The notes under the pieces are model-generated. The model searched no databases. It saw only the letters and a list, made by a program, of their open reading frames with translations, and was not told where the DNA came from. This document shows positions 1 to 9,238 of a DNA stretch of 64,000 bases, in pieces. How positions within the stretch are numbered: the first letter of the stretch is position 1; each line of letters begins with the position of its first letter. The DNA is from Cyanobacteria bacterium auto_48_18 (GTDB lineage Bacteria > Cyanobacteriota > Vampirovibrionia > Obscuribacterales > Obscuribacteraceae). The stretch spans positions 128,001 to 192,000 of the forward strand of contig JAVHQC010000029.1 in assembly GCA_036170915.1 (NCBI GenBank), given 5' to 3'. The translations under genes were made by a program, and so were the position numbers.

Positions 1-582
1 CACTTCGAAAACGCCAAATCCGGCAGCGCCGGCAACACTGTTGCCCAGGCGAGACTCACCCTGGCGAACTTCTCTGGCACCGTCATAGGCAAAGGCACCG
101 ACAACCGACGCCAGCGATTGGCTTTGCGCGAGCCTGGCAGCACCGCCTTCTAGAGCCAAACTTGAACCACCAGCTCTCATAGCGGAGCCCGCTGCCTTGC
201 CGGCGATAACGTACGGAATAATTGCCCCCAGGCCGCCAGAGACAGTTTGCGCAGCCCAACCGGCTGACAAAAATTGGGCCTCAGCCACGTGCATGTGCTC
301 GAAAGGTTTAATTAACGGAGCCGCATCGCCCTTACTTGCGCCCGCCCGACCTGTAGCATCATAAACAGCATTAATACCAGAAATAACTGTATTGGCCGGC
401 TCAAGCACACCAGCGTTAAAAGCAGGAGCGACTACATTTTCTTTGACGGTGGTCAGTGTCTCTGAGACCAGATTAGCGCTGGCTTGCTGCCCTGCAGCTA
501 CATAGGCGTCGCCCAGCTCCTTAAATTTCGGAGCCCTCAAATCGGAATCGCCAGTACTGTGAGGGGTGAGGGGCATGCCCAT
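1..582 (-). CDS. Partial (runs off window start) Gly/Ala-rich hypothetical protein with hydrophobic segments
   Basis: Translated by hand; not in ORF track because it has no stop in the window. ATG at 582 gives MGMPLTPHSTGDSDLRAPKFKELG...GWAAQTVSGGLGAIIPYVIAGKAAG...AGAAGFGVFEV, open for 194 codons to position 1. Confidence 0.75.
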   Translation of the reverse strand, partial: MGMPLTPHSTGDSDLRAPKFKELGDAYVAAGQQASANLVSETLTTVKENVVAPAFNAGVLEPANTVISGINAVYDATGRAGASKGDAAPLIKPFEHMHVAEAQFLSAGWAAQTVSGGLGAIIPYVIAGKAAGSAMRAGGSSLALEGGAARLAQSQSLASVVGAFAYDGAREVRQGESRLGNSVAGAAGFGVFEV

Positions 583-709
583 ACTTTCCCCCAGAGCCCC
601 AGGCCCGACAATGGGGAAATTAACACAGGCATTTAAAAATAGAAATCTTAATGCGCTGCCATTGGACCCTGGATATTGATAAAATCAGGGCCTTCGGCAA
701 GAGTTTTTT

Positions 710-1672
710 ATGCAAATTATCAATCAGCGTAAAACTAAGTGGCATTTATCCTTGACGAAAGCGGCATGCCTGCTTGTCGCGTCAGTTGCGGCCACCCTTC
801 CGGCCTGGGCCGAAAGACGTGCTGAGCACGTTTTCATTTTCAGCTTTGACGGCGGCAAACCAAGCGTTATGCAGCAAAGCAAAATGCCCACTGTTTTCAA
901 ACTGTCTGAAGAAGGCGCCACCACCTGGACCGCCCGCACAACGTTTCCGAGCATAACTCTGACATCGCACACATCGATGCTCACCGGAGTAGGCCCCGAT
1001 AAACACCACGCGCTCTGGAATGAATGGGAACCAGATCGGGGCATCATCAAATCACCCACAATTTTCGCCCTGGCCACCAAAGAAAAGCTGACAACTGGAA
1101 TGTTTGTTGGCAAACCAAAATTTATTCACCTCTACCAGGCGCACTCAGTCAATCGTTTTTCTTTACCCTCATACGAATCTAAAGTCGTGGCGGCAAATGC
1201 TGCGCGCTATATCGAAGAGCGCAAACCAAACCTTTGCTTTATTCACTTGGCTGACCCAGACGGAGCCGGTCACCAGTTCGGTTGGGGTTCAAAAGAACAA
1301 ATTCAAGCTTTTGCAGATTCTGACGAGGCTTTAGCAACTGTGATGAAAGCCATTACTAAAGCAGGCATTGAGAAAACATCAGTGGTTATTCTCACCGCTG
1401 ACCATGGTGGACACGACCGCACACACGGCACAAACTCACCAGAAGACATGAATATTCCCTGGATAGTCTGGGGCGAAAGCGTCAAACCAGGTTTTAAAAT
1501 AACTGCTCCAGTCACCACATACGATACCTCGGCTACGGCATTATGGTTGCTTGATGTGCCCCTTCCAGAAAACTTCGATGGCAAACCAGTTACCAGCGCT
1601 TTTCTAGAAACTCACAACCAGATGGCTCAAGGCTCAGGTAAAACAACAGCCAGTGTGGAGTCGAGCAAGTAA
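710..1672 (+). CDS. Alkaline phosphatase superfamily protein (nucleotide pyrophosphatase/phosphodiesterase type), secreted
   Basis: Signal peptide; metal and catalytic motifs FSFDGG, TFPSITLTSHTSMLTG, DPDGAGH, TADHGG, THG. Confidence 0.88.
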   Translation: MQIINQRKTKWHLSLTKAACLLVASVAATLPAWAERRAEHVFIFSFDGGKPSVMQQSKMPTVFKLSEEGATTWTARTTFPSITLTSHTSMLTGVGPDKHHALWNEWEPDRGIIKSPTIFALATKEKLTTGMFVGKPKFIHLYQAHSVNRFSLPSYESKVVAANAARYIEERKPNLCFIHLADPDGAGHQFGWGSKEQIQAFADSDEALATVMKAITKAGIEKTSVVILTADHGGHDRTHGTNSPEDMNIPWIVWGESVKPGFKITAPVTTYDTSATALWLLDVPLPENFDGKPVTSAFLETHNQMAQGSGKTTASVESSK

Positions 1673-1678
1673 TTTGTC

Positions 1679-2206
1679 CTAGCTACAAAAGTTTGAATAA
1701 TTATATTGGCTTTGAAAAGACGAGATCATCATAGCCGGAATGGCCACTCCAATGACGATCATTGCGATGCCCACCGAAATGTGACCAACCCTTTGCGCCT
1801 GTGTTTTTGCCGGCTTGAACATATGGCACAAGCCCATAATCACGCAAGTCACTCCGCCGAGCAAAAAGATCCAGCTCATTGCTTCTCGACTCTGCTCAGC
1901 TAATTTATAGGTGCGTTCATCTAAATAAAGAGAAGAGCCCTTAGTAGGAGGAATTTCGAAAAGCTCATTGGCAGATACTGGCTTAAGACTGTCCACAAAA
2001 TCTATGGCACTAAAGGGCGACAGGCGCGGCTTAGCAACAACTACACCATACTTGTGCGGCACACTGGTCGATAATGCCGCCCCCTGCGAGCTGCCCACAA
2101 TCATTTGAGCAAATGCCGGAGTAACGGCGCCGTTATTAGCAGCGAAGGCGGTGCCCGCGATCAACGCTAAACTCGATAACAATATTGCAGCTCTTTGATT
2201 AAACAT
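1679..2206 (-). CDS. Hypothetical membrane protein (signal peptide plus two C-terminal TM helices)
   Basis: N-terminal hydrophobic AxA signal; WIFLLGGVTCVIMGL and ISVGIAMIVIGVAIPAM segments. Confidence 0.65.
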   Translation of the reverse strand: MFNQRAAILLSSLALIAGTAFAANNGAVTPAFAQMIVGSSQGAALSTSVPHKYGVVVAKPRLSPFSAIDFVDSLKPVSANELFEIPPTKGSSLYLDERTYKLAEQSREAMSWIFLLGGVTCVIMGLCHMFKPAKTQAQRVGHISVGIAMIVIGVAIPAMMISSFQSQYNYSNFCS

Positions 2207-2408
2207 ACACGCGACCTCGTCAAACCTTAAGCATGTATTTCCCTGCTCATTGCGGATTCTAATAAGCTTCCTAGCCTGTATCCATCCTAGTCAAAGTGTC
2301 CAGGCTTGTCAGCAGGGTTAACCCTGAGTTCTTGTTTGCGTTAACAACTCGGCAACACCGTAAACCTATGGTGTAAATGTCTCCACCGGGCGACTTGCCA
2401 CGAGAGCT

Positions 2409-3875
2409 TTGGAAACACTTACTAGAGGGCGCATCAACATGACGTTAGAAGCAGGCATAGGAGCGAAAGTCGAGACAGCAATTGCTACTAATCCCGACAA
2501 GCCTAATTTCGGTGAAGTGTACAAAGATTGGAAGAACAACGAAAGTAAAGAAGAAAATCAAAAAGAACGCGCTGCAATAAATGAAGCGCTACACAAAGGT
2601 AAAAAGATACTTCCCTCTGTGTCAATTATCGATTTTGGCACCGTCGCTGCTGACGGTGGCATCGTTGATTATGTAGATACCTATGACTCTGAAACCAATA
2701 AGATGCAGCGGCGCGACCTGAAAGATTTTTCCGTCAAGCAAGAGAAAGATCTTACTGAAGAAATGAAGCGAGACGGGCTTAATGACGAGCAGGTTGTTAA
2801 ACTTTTGGCCGACTCAGTCGACAAGAATAAAGATAAACCGCAAACAACCACTGATGCTAAAGCCGATGTAAAACCTTACCAAATCCAGCCTGGCGACAAT
2901 CTTTGGAAAATCGCAAAGAACGAGCTAAATGAGATTAACAAAGCCAGCGGTGACGTCGATAAAAAACCTTCCACAAAAGATATTCAAGACTTCATTCAAA
3001 AAATACAGCAAGCCAACCAGAGCGGTGACGGTGCAATAGAAAATATTGACCGCATTTATGCCGGAAAAACATTGAACATACCTGTGGCGAAAACAAAGGC
3101 TGAGAAGTCCGACAGCAATTACGTAGCTCCTAATCCGGACGTAACACCTACTCCAGACAAAACTCCTACACAGGACGTAGTTAAAAATACCTCGGCTAGT
3201 ATTCCAGCCAGTCCATTTAAAGCCGAAGCAAATACCTACGCCAATCCTACAATTGGAGCTGATCAAGCCAAAGAAGAAGCAGAAGTATTGAACAAATACT
3301 TCGACAAGATGCGCACCTTAGACGGCGATCCATCCGGAGCAGAATATCTTACGGCTGATGAAATAAAAGGTTTCGTCGCTGCTTCTAAAGATAAAACAGC
3401 AATAGTCGAAGGTGAACCAATTCCTGATGCCCAAGAAATTGCAGCGTTGGAAAGAGCCGCCAAACACATACATCGCATCGCCGGTACTAATGACGACGAG
3501 TTCTTCTTCGAATCAAGCGGAGCGACTAGGAAAGACATAGAGGGTTTTGCTGAGCAAGAAAAAGAATTCGAAGGAAGGTATCAAGCACGGTTCTATCTGG
3601 ACAATCATTTCAACAATCTCGCCGGTGAAAAAAACGCTGTCTCAGTCAGCCAGATAAAAGAGTATCGGGAAAAACTTAGTGTTGATTCCACAAAAGCGGC
3701 AGAGTTGGTTGCCGTCGACAATCTGCTTGACCAGCTCAAGAAGGCTGGATATAGAGACGGCTCCCCTGTGCTGAGAGGTGATTCCAAGGAGATTCGCAAG
3801 GAAGTCCGCGGCTTCTCTTACCAAGAGCACGGTGGCGCATACATTCCAGTACCGGTGAAATCACCCACAAAATAA
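2409..3875 (+). CDS. LysM domain protein with C-terminal EF-hand-like module
   Basis: YQIQPGDNLWKIAK...IENIDRIYAGKTLNIP is a LysM motif; LDGDPSGAEYLTADEI is an EF-hand-like loop; likely ATG start at 2439. Confidence 0.8.
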   Translation: METLTRGRINMTLEAGIGAKVETAIATNPDKPNFGEVYKDWKNNESKEENQKERAAINEALHKGKKILPSVSIIDFGTVAADGGIVDYVDTYDSETNKMQRRDLKDFSVKQEKDLTEEMKRDGLNDEQVVKLLADSVDKNKDKPQTTTDAKADVKPYQIQPGDNLWKIAKNELNEINKASGDVDKKPSTKDIQDFIQKIQQANQSGDGAIENIDRIYAGKTLNIPVAKTKAEKSDSNYVAPNPDVTPTPDKTPTQDVVKNTSASIPASPFKAEANTYANPTIGADQAKEEAEVLNKYFDKMRTLDGDPSGAEYLTADEIKGFVAASKDKTAIVEGEPIPDAQEIAALERAAKHIHRIAGTNDDEFFFESSGATRKDIEGFAEQEKEFEGRYQARFYLDNHFNNLAGEKNAVSVSQIKEYREKLSVDSTKAAELVAVDNLLDQLKKAGYRDGSPVLRGDSKEIRKEVRGFSYQEHGGAYIPVPVKSPTK

Positions 3876-3974
3876 CCTGGTATTCCAGCCTTTCTCAAAA
3901 CTGAAACGTGCACGCTTCAGTTTCGTAAAGAACCAAACCAGTAAGCATCAGCCAAATAAGATGCGTAGCGTCGA

Positions 3975-4727
3975 CTATTTGACGATGCGGTCCAAAATCT
4001 TAAGCACGCGATCGTCGTCGCTATCAAGGCGCAAGGCCTCGGCCAACACTTTGCCGGCTTCAGCTTTCTCACCGGTTGCTTCTAGCACCCGGCCAAGATT
4101 GTAATAGGCGTTTTCGTAATTTGGTTTTTGACTGATGGCCAATTTATATTCTTCGATGGCCGTTTTGTTGTCACCCACTGCCGAGAGCGCATTGCCTAAA
4201 ACAACGTGATAAATAGGTTGACTTTGATCGAGTTTAACGGCCTGCTGTGCTTGATCTAAAGCAGGTTGCGCCTTACCTTGATCTAGCAAGCAAACACTCA
4301 AATTAGAGTGAGCTTGATGCAGTTTCGGATCAAGTTCAATGGCCTTACGCAACTCAACTTCGGCAGCTTTCAAATCGTTGTTCTGTCTTAAAGCCCAACC
4401 GAGATCGTTGTGAGCGATAGCATCATTTGGTTTTTCAGCTACGACTTTGCGCAAGGTGTCTACAGATAGCTGGTTCTTGCCCTGAGCAGCGCTGGTCCAG
4501 CTGCCTGAGCGTCCGGCATTAAGAGCTTGAGCATCAGGACCCTTACCAGCTTCGTCAGAAGTCTCTTTCGCGAGTGCACCGCAGCTGATACCACTACCAG
4601 CCAGCGATATGGCCAGTGAAATTAAAGCGATTGAAGAGCAGCGAGAAACTTTATGCATGGCGAAATATAAACCCTTAACTAGGCAACAGTGACAAGCCAA
4701 AAGTTTACTACGACATGCAAATGCCAA
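3975..4727 (-). CDS. Tetratricopeptide repeat protein, probably exported
   Basis: TPR units AHNDLGWAL, AHSNLSVCL, YHVVLGNAL, AYYNLGRVL; likely start at 4658 (MHKVS) with signal peptide. Confidence 0.88.
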   Translation of the reverse strand: MAFACRSKLLACHCCLVKGLYFAMHKVSRCSSIALISLAISLAGSGISCGALAKETSDEAGKGPDAQALNAGRSGSWTSAAQGKNQLSVDTLRKVVAEKPNDAIAHNDLGWALRQNNDLKAAEVELRKAIELDPKLHQAHSNLSVCLLDQGKAQPALDQAQQAVKLDQSQPIYHVVLGNALSAVGDNKTAIEEYKLAISQKPNYENAYYNLGRVLEATGEKAEAGKVLAEALRLDSDDDRVLKILDRIVK

Positions 4728-4753
4728 CCATGGATTGATTTAATTTTCGCAGA

Positions 4754-4939
4754 TTAGCCCGGAGGCCCAGCAATTGACCAAATGATGAAGCACATGCCCG
4801 CAGATACAACCATCAACGAAAAAATCAGCGATTCAAAGACATTCTTTGCATCTTCAAAAGCTTGATAGGTAAAGACACCGCCGCCACCGACGAAAATTGC
4901 GCCAATGATGAAAAGCAGAATTTTTTCAATCGGTTCCAT
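4754..4939 (-). CDS. Small two-TM membrane protein
   Basis: 61 aa with two hydrophobic helices; co-oriented with neighbours. Confidence 0.6.
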   Translation of the reverse strand: MEPIEKILLFIIGAIFVGGGGVFTYQAFEDAKNVFESLIFSLMVVSAGMCFIIWSIAGPPG

Positions 4940-5023
4940 TGTCTCTATCTTTATCTCTGTCTTTGGCTTGCTCTGTCTTTCCAGGCCAGGCTCATTACTA
5001 TCTTAAGAGCCTGGCGGGCGCGG

Positions 5024-5410
5024 TCAAGTGGTTTTTTTTACCGGCGGCAGGCTGCGCAGCGCCAAAATGACAATTAACATACTGACGAAACCTACACAGA
5101 CAAGCAATAACTGCACATATTTCTGGTCGCGATCGGTCCGCACCTTAAGGTTGCGGCGACCGAGGAATTTCCGCGGGCGCGAGGGAGGACGCGAGGTCTG
5201 CACCCGGGGAAGAAAGTCTAAATTGCGCAAAGTACCAGGCGGAAGGCTAGCTGCCATCTGTATTTGAGACGGCTGTGCATTCAAGCCGCGGTTGAGTGAG
5301 CCATCCGGCGGCATTGCCTCTTCGCTCTGAACCGGCCCACTCAGTGTCAGACAAAGCATGGCCAGCAATAAAGATGGCTTAAACGCCCCATATTTTCTTA
5401 AAACAGCCAT
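5024..5410 (-). CDS. Hypothetical protein with signal peptide and C-terminal TM anchor
   Basis: LLLAMLCLTL N-terminal segment; LLLVCVGFVSMLIVILAL followed by basic tail. Confidence 0.55.
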   Translation of the reverse strand: MAVLRKYGAFKPSLLLAMLCLTLSGPVQSEEAMPPDGSLNRGLNAQPSQIQMAASLPPGTLRNLDFLPRVQTSRPPSRPRKFLGRRNLKVRTDRDQKYVQLLLVCVGFVSMLIVILALRSLPPVKKTT

Positions 5411-5423
5411 TAATCCAAATACT

Positions 5424-6506
5424 CTATTTCATTGCCCAGTCACTAATAGTAACAGGCAGGCGCTTGCGTCCCCATGTACCGGCTCGTTCGGCAAACACCC
5501 CTGGCACACTCTCGCCACACTGCCGACACCGATTTTCTTCAAGATTATATTTGCCGATCTCAAACCAATTTCTCTCAATCAATAAAGAACGGCAAGCGGA
5601 ACAATATGTACTTTGATGGGGAGCGTCGTCAACATTGCCCACATAAACATACTTTAGGCCCTGGCGCATGGCGATTTCACGAGCCCGCAACAGAGTGGAG
5701 GGCGGCGTGGGTGGGCGATTGTCCATGCGAAAATCAGGATGAAAAGCCGTGAAATGCAGAGGTATCTGATCGCCCAGATTGGTCAAAATCCAGTCGCACA
5801 TTGCCTTGAACTCGTCTGACGAGTCATTCTCATCAGGTATGACCAGATTGGTAATCTCAAACCAGACGTCGCTTTCGTCTTTTAGCCACTTCAGCGTATC
5901 AAGCACTGGCTGCAGCTGTGAAAGGGTGAGCTTCTTGTAGAAAATTTCGCTGAACGCTTTGAGGTCTACATTAGCGGCGTCCATGACTGAATAGAAGTCA
6001 GGGCGGGCCTCTTCGCCTATGTATCCGGCGGTGACAGCCACGGTCCTGACGCCCAACTGATGACAGGCCCGAGCAGTATCAATGGCGTACTCGGCCCAAA
6101 TGACCGGATCATTATAAGTAAAGGCCACGGAAGCGCAGCCAAGCTCTTTGGCCGCCAGAGCAATTTGCTCAGGGCTCGCCTCTTCGCTCAAAAGCTCAAT
6201 TTCGCGCGACTTGCTGATTGACCAGTTTTGACAAAACTGGCAACCGAGGTTGCAGCCTGCTGTGCCGAAAGAGAGCACGCTCGTGCCGGGCAGAAAATGA
6301 TTTAGCGGCTTTTTCTCAATTGGATCAACGCAAAACCCGGTGCTGCGGCCATATGTGGTCAATTTAACCGAATTGTCGATATTTTGACGCACAAAGCAAA
6401 AGCCGCGATCACCTTCCTTCATCTGGCAATTGCGTGGGCAGAGATCACATTGCACTCGACCATCTTCAAGAGCGTGCCAATATTTGCCGTCAATAATGAA
6501 GTTCAA
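5424..6506 (-). CDS. amrS: AmmeMemoRadiSam system radical SAM enzyme
   Basis: CDLCPRNC...GFC N-terminal Cys cluster, DPIEKKPLNHF, radical SAM CNLGCQFC, FTYNDP, C-terminal CxxC pairs; start moved from track 6638 to TTG at 6506 (inferred). Confidence 0.9.
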   Translation of the reverse strand: MNFIIDGKYWHALEDGRVQCDLCPRNCQMKEGDRGFCFVRQNIDNSVKLTTYGRSTGFCVDPIEKKPLNHFLPGTSVLSFGTAGCNLGCQFCQNWSISKSREIELLSEEASPEQIALAAKELGCASVAFTYNDPVIWAEYAIDTARACHQLGVRTVAVTAGYIGEEARPDFYSVMDAANVDLKAFSEIFYKKLTLSQLQPVLDTLKWLKDESDVWFEITNLVIPDENDSSDEFKAMCDWILTNLGDQIPLHFTAFHPDFRMDNRPPTPPSTLLRAREIAMRQGLKYVYVGNVDDAPHQSTYCSACRSLLIERNWFEIGKYNLEENRCRQCGESVPGVFAERAGTWGRKRLPVTISDWAMK

Positions 6507-6619
6507 TGCCCACCACCGCCTGATTTGCTGCGTGTATAAATCAGTATAAACAATCATGTCCAAGAAAATAGGTCGCCGTATATATACGTACGGCGGAACA
6601 GGGAAGCGGAGTCTTAAAA

Positions 6620-8575
6620 GTGCCCATAACGGACGCAAATCAGAAAAAAGACGTCGCTAAAGTCAGCGATAAGCCGCTTGAGCAGGGCCAAGACGTAGCT
6701 GACAAAGCTCGCCACGCACTTTCGCTAGAAGCCACGGCTAAACCAGGCGAAAAGACCGTTCTTAAAGCTGAGGCCGGCAGCAGTCACGCATATAGCGACT
6801 TTATCAACGCCTCTTTTGATAAAGCTTCCACAACCATCAAGCAAACCATGGCGATGTTGCCTAGCCTGGCTATCGACAGCGATACCGGAAAAAAAATCAA
6901 TCAAAAAAATAGCACCGACATCAGCTTAGATTTCGACAGCATTTTGAAAAAGAACTGCGTTGAGCCGACAGAAAAAGAATGCAAGCCCGCCACTGGCAGT
7001 GCATTTGATGGCTTCAATTTTGTCGCATCTAAAAAGGTAGAAGAAGAAGCCGACGCCAAAGGCATACAAACTAAAGCTGAATTCCATTTGAACAAGACCG
7101 ATTGGGACAAAGCCATGGCCGCCTTTGAAAAAGTGGGCAAGCCAAACAGCGCGCAAGCAACCGCTGATGTCTCAGTACATCGCGATCAGAACGGCAAAGT
7201 CGATGTAATCAGACAGGGCAACCAGACACTGGCTCAAACCGCTGAGGGCGGACAGCTAGTAATGAACGAAGCCGGCGATGTTCTGCAAAAAGACGCTAAC
7301 GGCGAAGTACAGTTTCACATGCAAGACGGTAAGTTTATGGGCAAGCTGGCAAGCGGCCGCAACATCGTCGTTGAAGAAGATGAGCAAGGCAACAAACGCG
7401 CATACATCTTAGATGCTCAAGGCAACCCAACTTCTGAAGTCTATGAAGGCGAAAGTGGCTCATACAAAGTAATCGGTAAATTTGAAAACGGCCGCATCGT
7501 CACTTCAAATTCCACAGTAGAGCAAGCCGGCGGCATCAATAAACTGGCTGAAGATATGGAAGCAGAAGCCATAAGAACCAAAACCAATCAGTTTCAACAA
7601 CTCAGAGATGGCATCATGACTGTCACTCCAGATGGTTCTGTCATTGCGGCTAAAAAAGATGGCACTGCCTTGATTTCAATTTCTGAAGGTCGTTACCTCG
7701 TTAGAAATGCTGATAAGTCGTGGACAATTCACGAGAAAAATAAAGCAGCTGTGCATCTTTCACAGGGCGAAGTGCAAGAAATATTGAAGGACAAAGCGCC
7801 TGAAAGAAGAGGAATGGTTCAAGCCATCAAAGCTTTGATTAGCTTTGGCAAAGATCAGACTTTGACTAACGCCGATGGCTCTTCAACAATCACAATGTCT
7901 GGCGATCGCATGCAAGGCCGAGTGAACGAAACTAAAGCCGAGACAGATGCTAGCGGTCAAACTGTAGTGACTGGTTTAGTCAATGGCGAAAGCCAAACTA
8001 TTGACACTCAAGCTAAAACTCTTGAAGTGAAACATGCTGACGGCAAAGTAGACAGAATAGCTACTGGCCCTAAAGGATTCAAATTTACAGGCAAAGGCTA
8101 CAATTATGACAGTGGCAAAGTCACCACCACCAGCGGTGACGTCATTACATCAAACGGCATTCAAATGGCCAATGGCACTCAGATTCATCGTGATGGCTCC
8201 ATCGACTTTGCTGACGGCACAAGAATCAAATCAGACGGAACCATAGTTGAATCTGCAACTTATTCGAAAAAAGAATCTGAACGCACAATGGCTCAAGCCG
8301 CAGACAGCAAAGCCGCCAGCGTGGCCGGATATGCCATGGGTAAAGCCGGTGAAATTCGCAGCCGCGCTGCATCTGGTCATGCCACCGCTAGCGATATCGC
8401 CTCGCTCGAAGCCGCCTTTGCTGGGCTGTGCGAAGCTGTAACTGCCCTTTCCGGCAACTGCGATCCTTCTACCCAATTCAAACTGTACACAGCTAAGAGC
8501 AGTGTTTCAGAATCAATCAGTGTCGGCAAAGCTCACCTCAATACCGGCAACAAGCCTGTTGGAGTTGCAGCTTAA
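6620..8575 (+). CDS. Large hypothetical protein with repetitive beta-hairpin (DG/NG-turn) region
   Basis: 651-aa ORF; many x-DG-[ST]-x turns (ANGTQIHRDGSIDFADGTRIKSDGT); helical Ala-rich C-terminus; no signal peptide. Confidence 0.75.
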   Translation: MPITDANQKKDVAKVSDKPLEQGQDVADKARHALSLEATAKPGEKTVLKAEAGSSHAYSDFINASFDKASTTIKQTMAMLPSLAIDSDTGKKINQKNSTDISLDFDSILKKNCVEPTEKECKPATGSAFDGFNFVASKKVEEEADAKGIQTKAEFHLNKTDWDKAMAAFEKVGKPNSAQATADVSVHRDQNGKVDVIRQGNQTLAQTAEGGQLVMNEAGDVLQKDANGEVQFHMQDGKFMGKLASGRNIVVEEDEQGNKRAYILDAQGNPTSEVYEGESGSYKVIGKFENGRIVTSNSTVEQAGGINKLAEDMEAEAIRTKTNQFQQLRDGIMTVTPDGSVIAAKKDGTALISISEGRYLVRNADKSWTIHEKNKAAVHLSQGEVQEILKDKAPERRGMVQAIKALISFGKDQTLTNADGSSTITMSGDRMQGRVNETKAETDASGQTVVTGLVNGESQTIDTQAKTLEVKHADGKVDRIATGPKGFKFTGKGYNYDSGKVTTTSGDVITSNGIQMANGTQIHRDGSIDFADGTRIKSDGTIVESATYSKKESERTMAQAADSKAASVAGYAMGKAGEIRSRAASGHATASDIASLEAAFAGLCEAVTALSGNCDPSTQFKLYTAKSSVSESISVGKAHLNTGNKPVGVAA

Positions 8576-9147
8576 TCAGCCGACAGACCATATTTATCTA
8601 ATATTTTCTGCCATTGACCATTAGCTTTCAGTACAAGCTCGGCAACTTCACGCACTGCGCCGCTGCCACCATGAGCGGTGGTAACAAAATCAGCCTGGGC
8701 TTTGAGTTCAGGGCGAGCATCACCCACGGCAATGCCAAGCCCTGCACGTTTCATCAGTGGGAAATCAGGAAAATCATCGCCTATAAAGACAACTTGCTCA
8801 TCAACTAAATTTTCTTTGGCAAGAATTTCTTCATAGCTCGCCACTTTTTCGAGAAAGCCTTGATACACATAAGAAATGCCAAGTAGACGCGCTCTTTCAG
8901 TCACCGCCGGCGAATCGCGGCCGCTAATCACTCCAGACTTAAAGCCGCAGTAGTGCAGGAACAGTAAGCCGGCACCGTCTTGAGAGTTAAAACCCTTAAA
9001 CTCGACTGGCTTTCCGTCAGACCCGGGAAAATAATAAATGCGACCGTCGGTTAAAACCCCGTCGACGTCCATCAAAATCAACTTGATTTTGGCGGCCCGG
9101 GCCACAATATCGTCAGGAATAATTTTTGCAGCGCTGCTTGCCATCAA
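8572..9147 (-). CDS. kdsC: KDO 8-phosphate phosphatase (HAD superfamily)
   Basis: DVDGVLTDG, KGFNSQDG, ISGR, IGDDFPD, GGSGAVRE motifs. Confidence 0.92.
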   Translation of the reverse strand: MMASSAAKIIPDDIVARAAKIKLILMDVDGVLTDGRIYYFPGSDGKPVEFKGFNSQDGAGLLFLHYCGFKSGVISGRDSPAVTERARLLGISYVYQGFLEKVASYEEILAKENLVDEQVVFIGDDFPDFPLMKRAGLGIAVGDARPELKAQADFVTTAHGGSGAVREVAELVLKANGQWQKILDKYGLSAD

Positions 9148-9238
9148 TATCTCCAGGTCGTCATTCTAACTAATTCTTGAATCAAGATCTAAGGTGTGAA
9201 AACATTAGTGACAATACAAGCGCCGACCCGGCTGCAAA

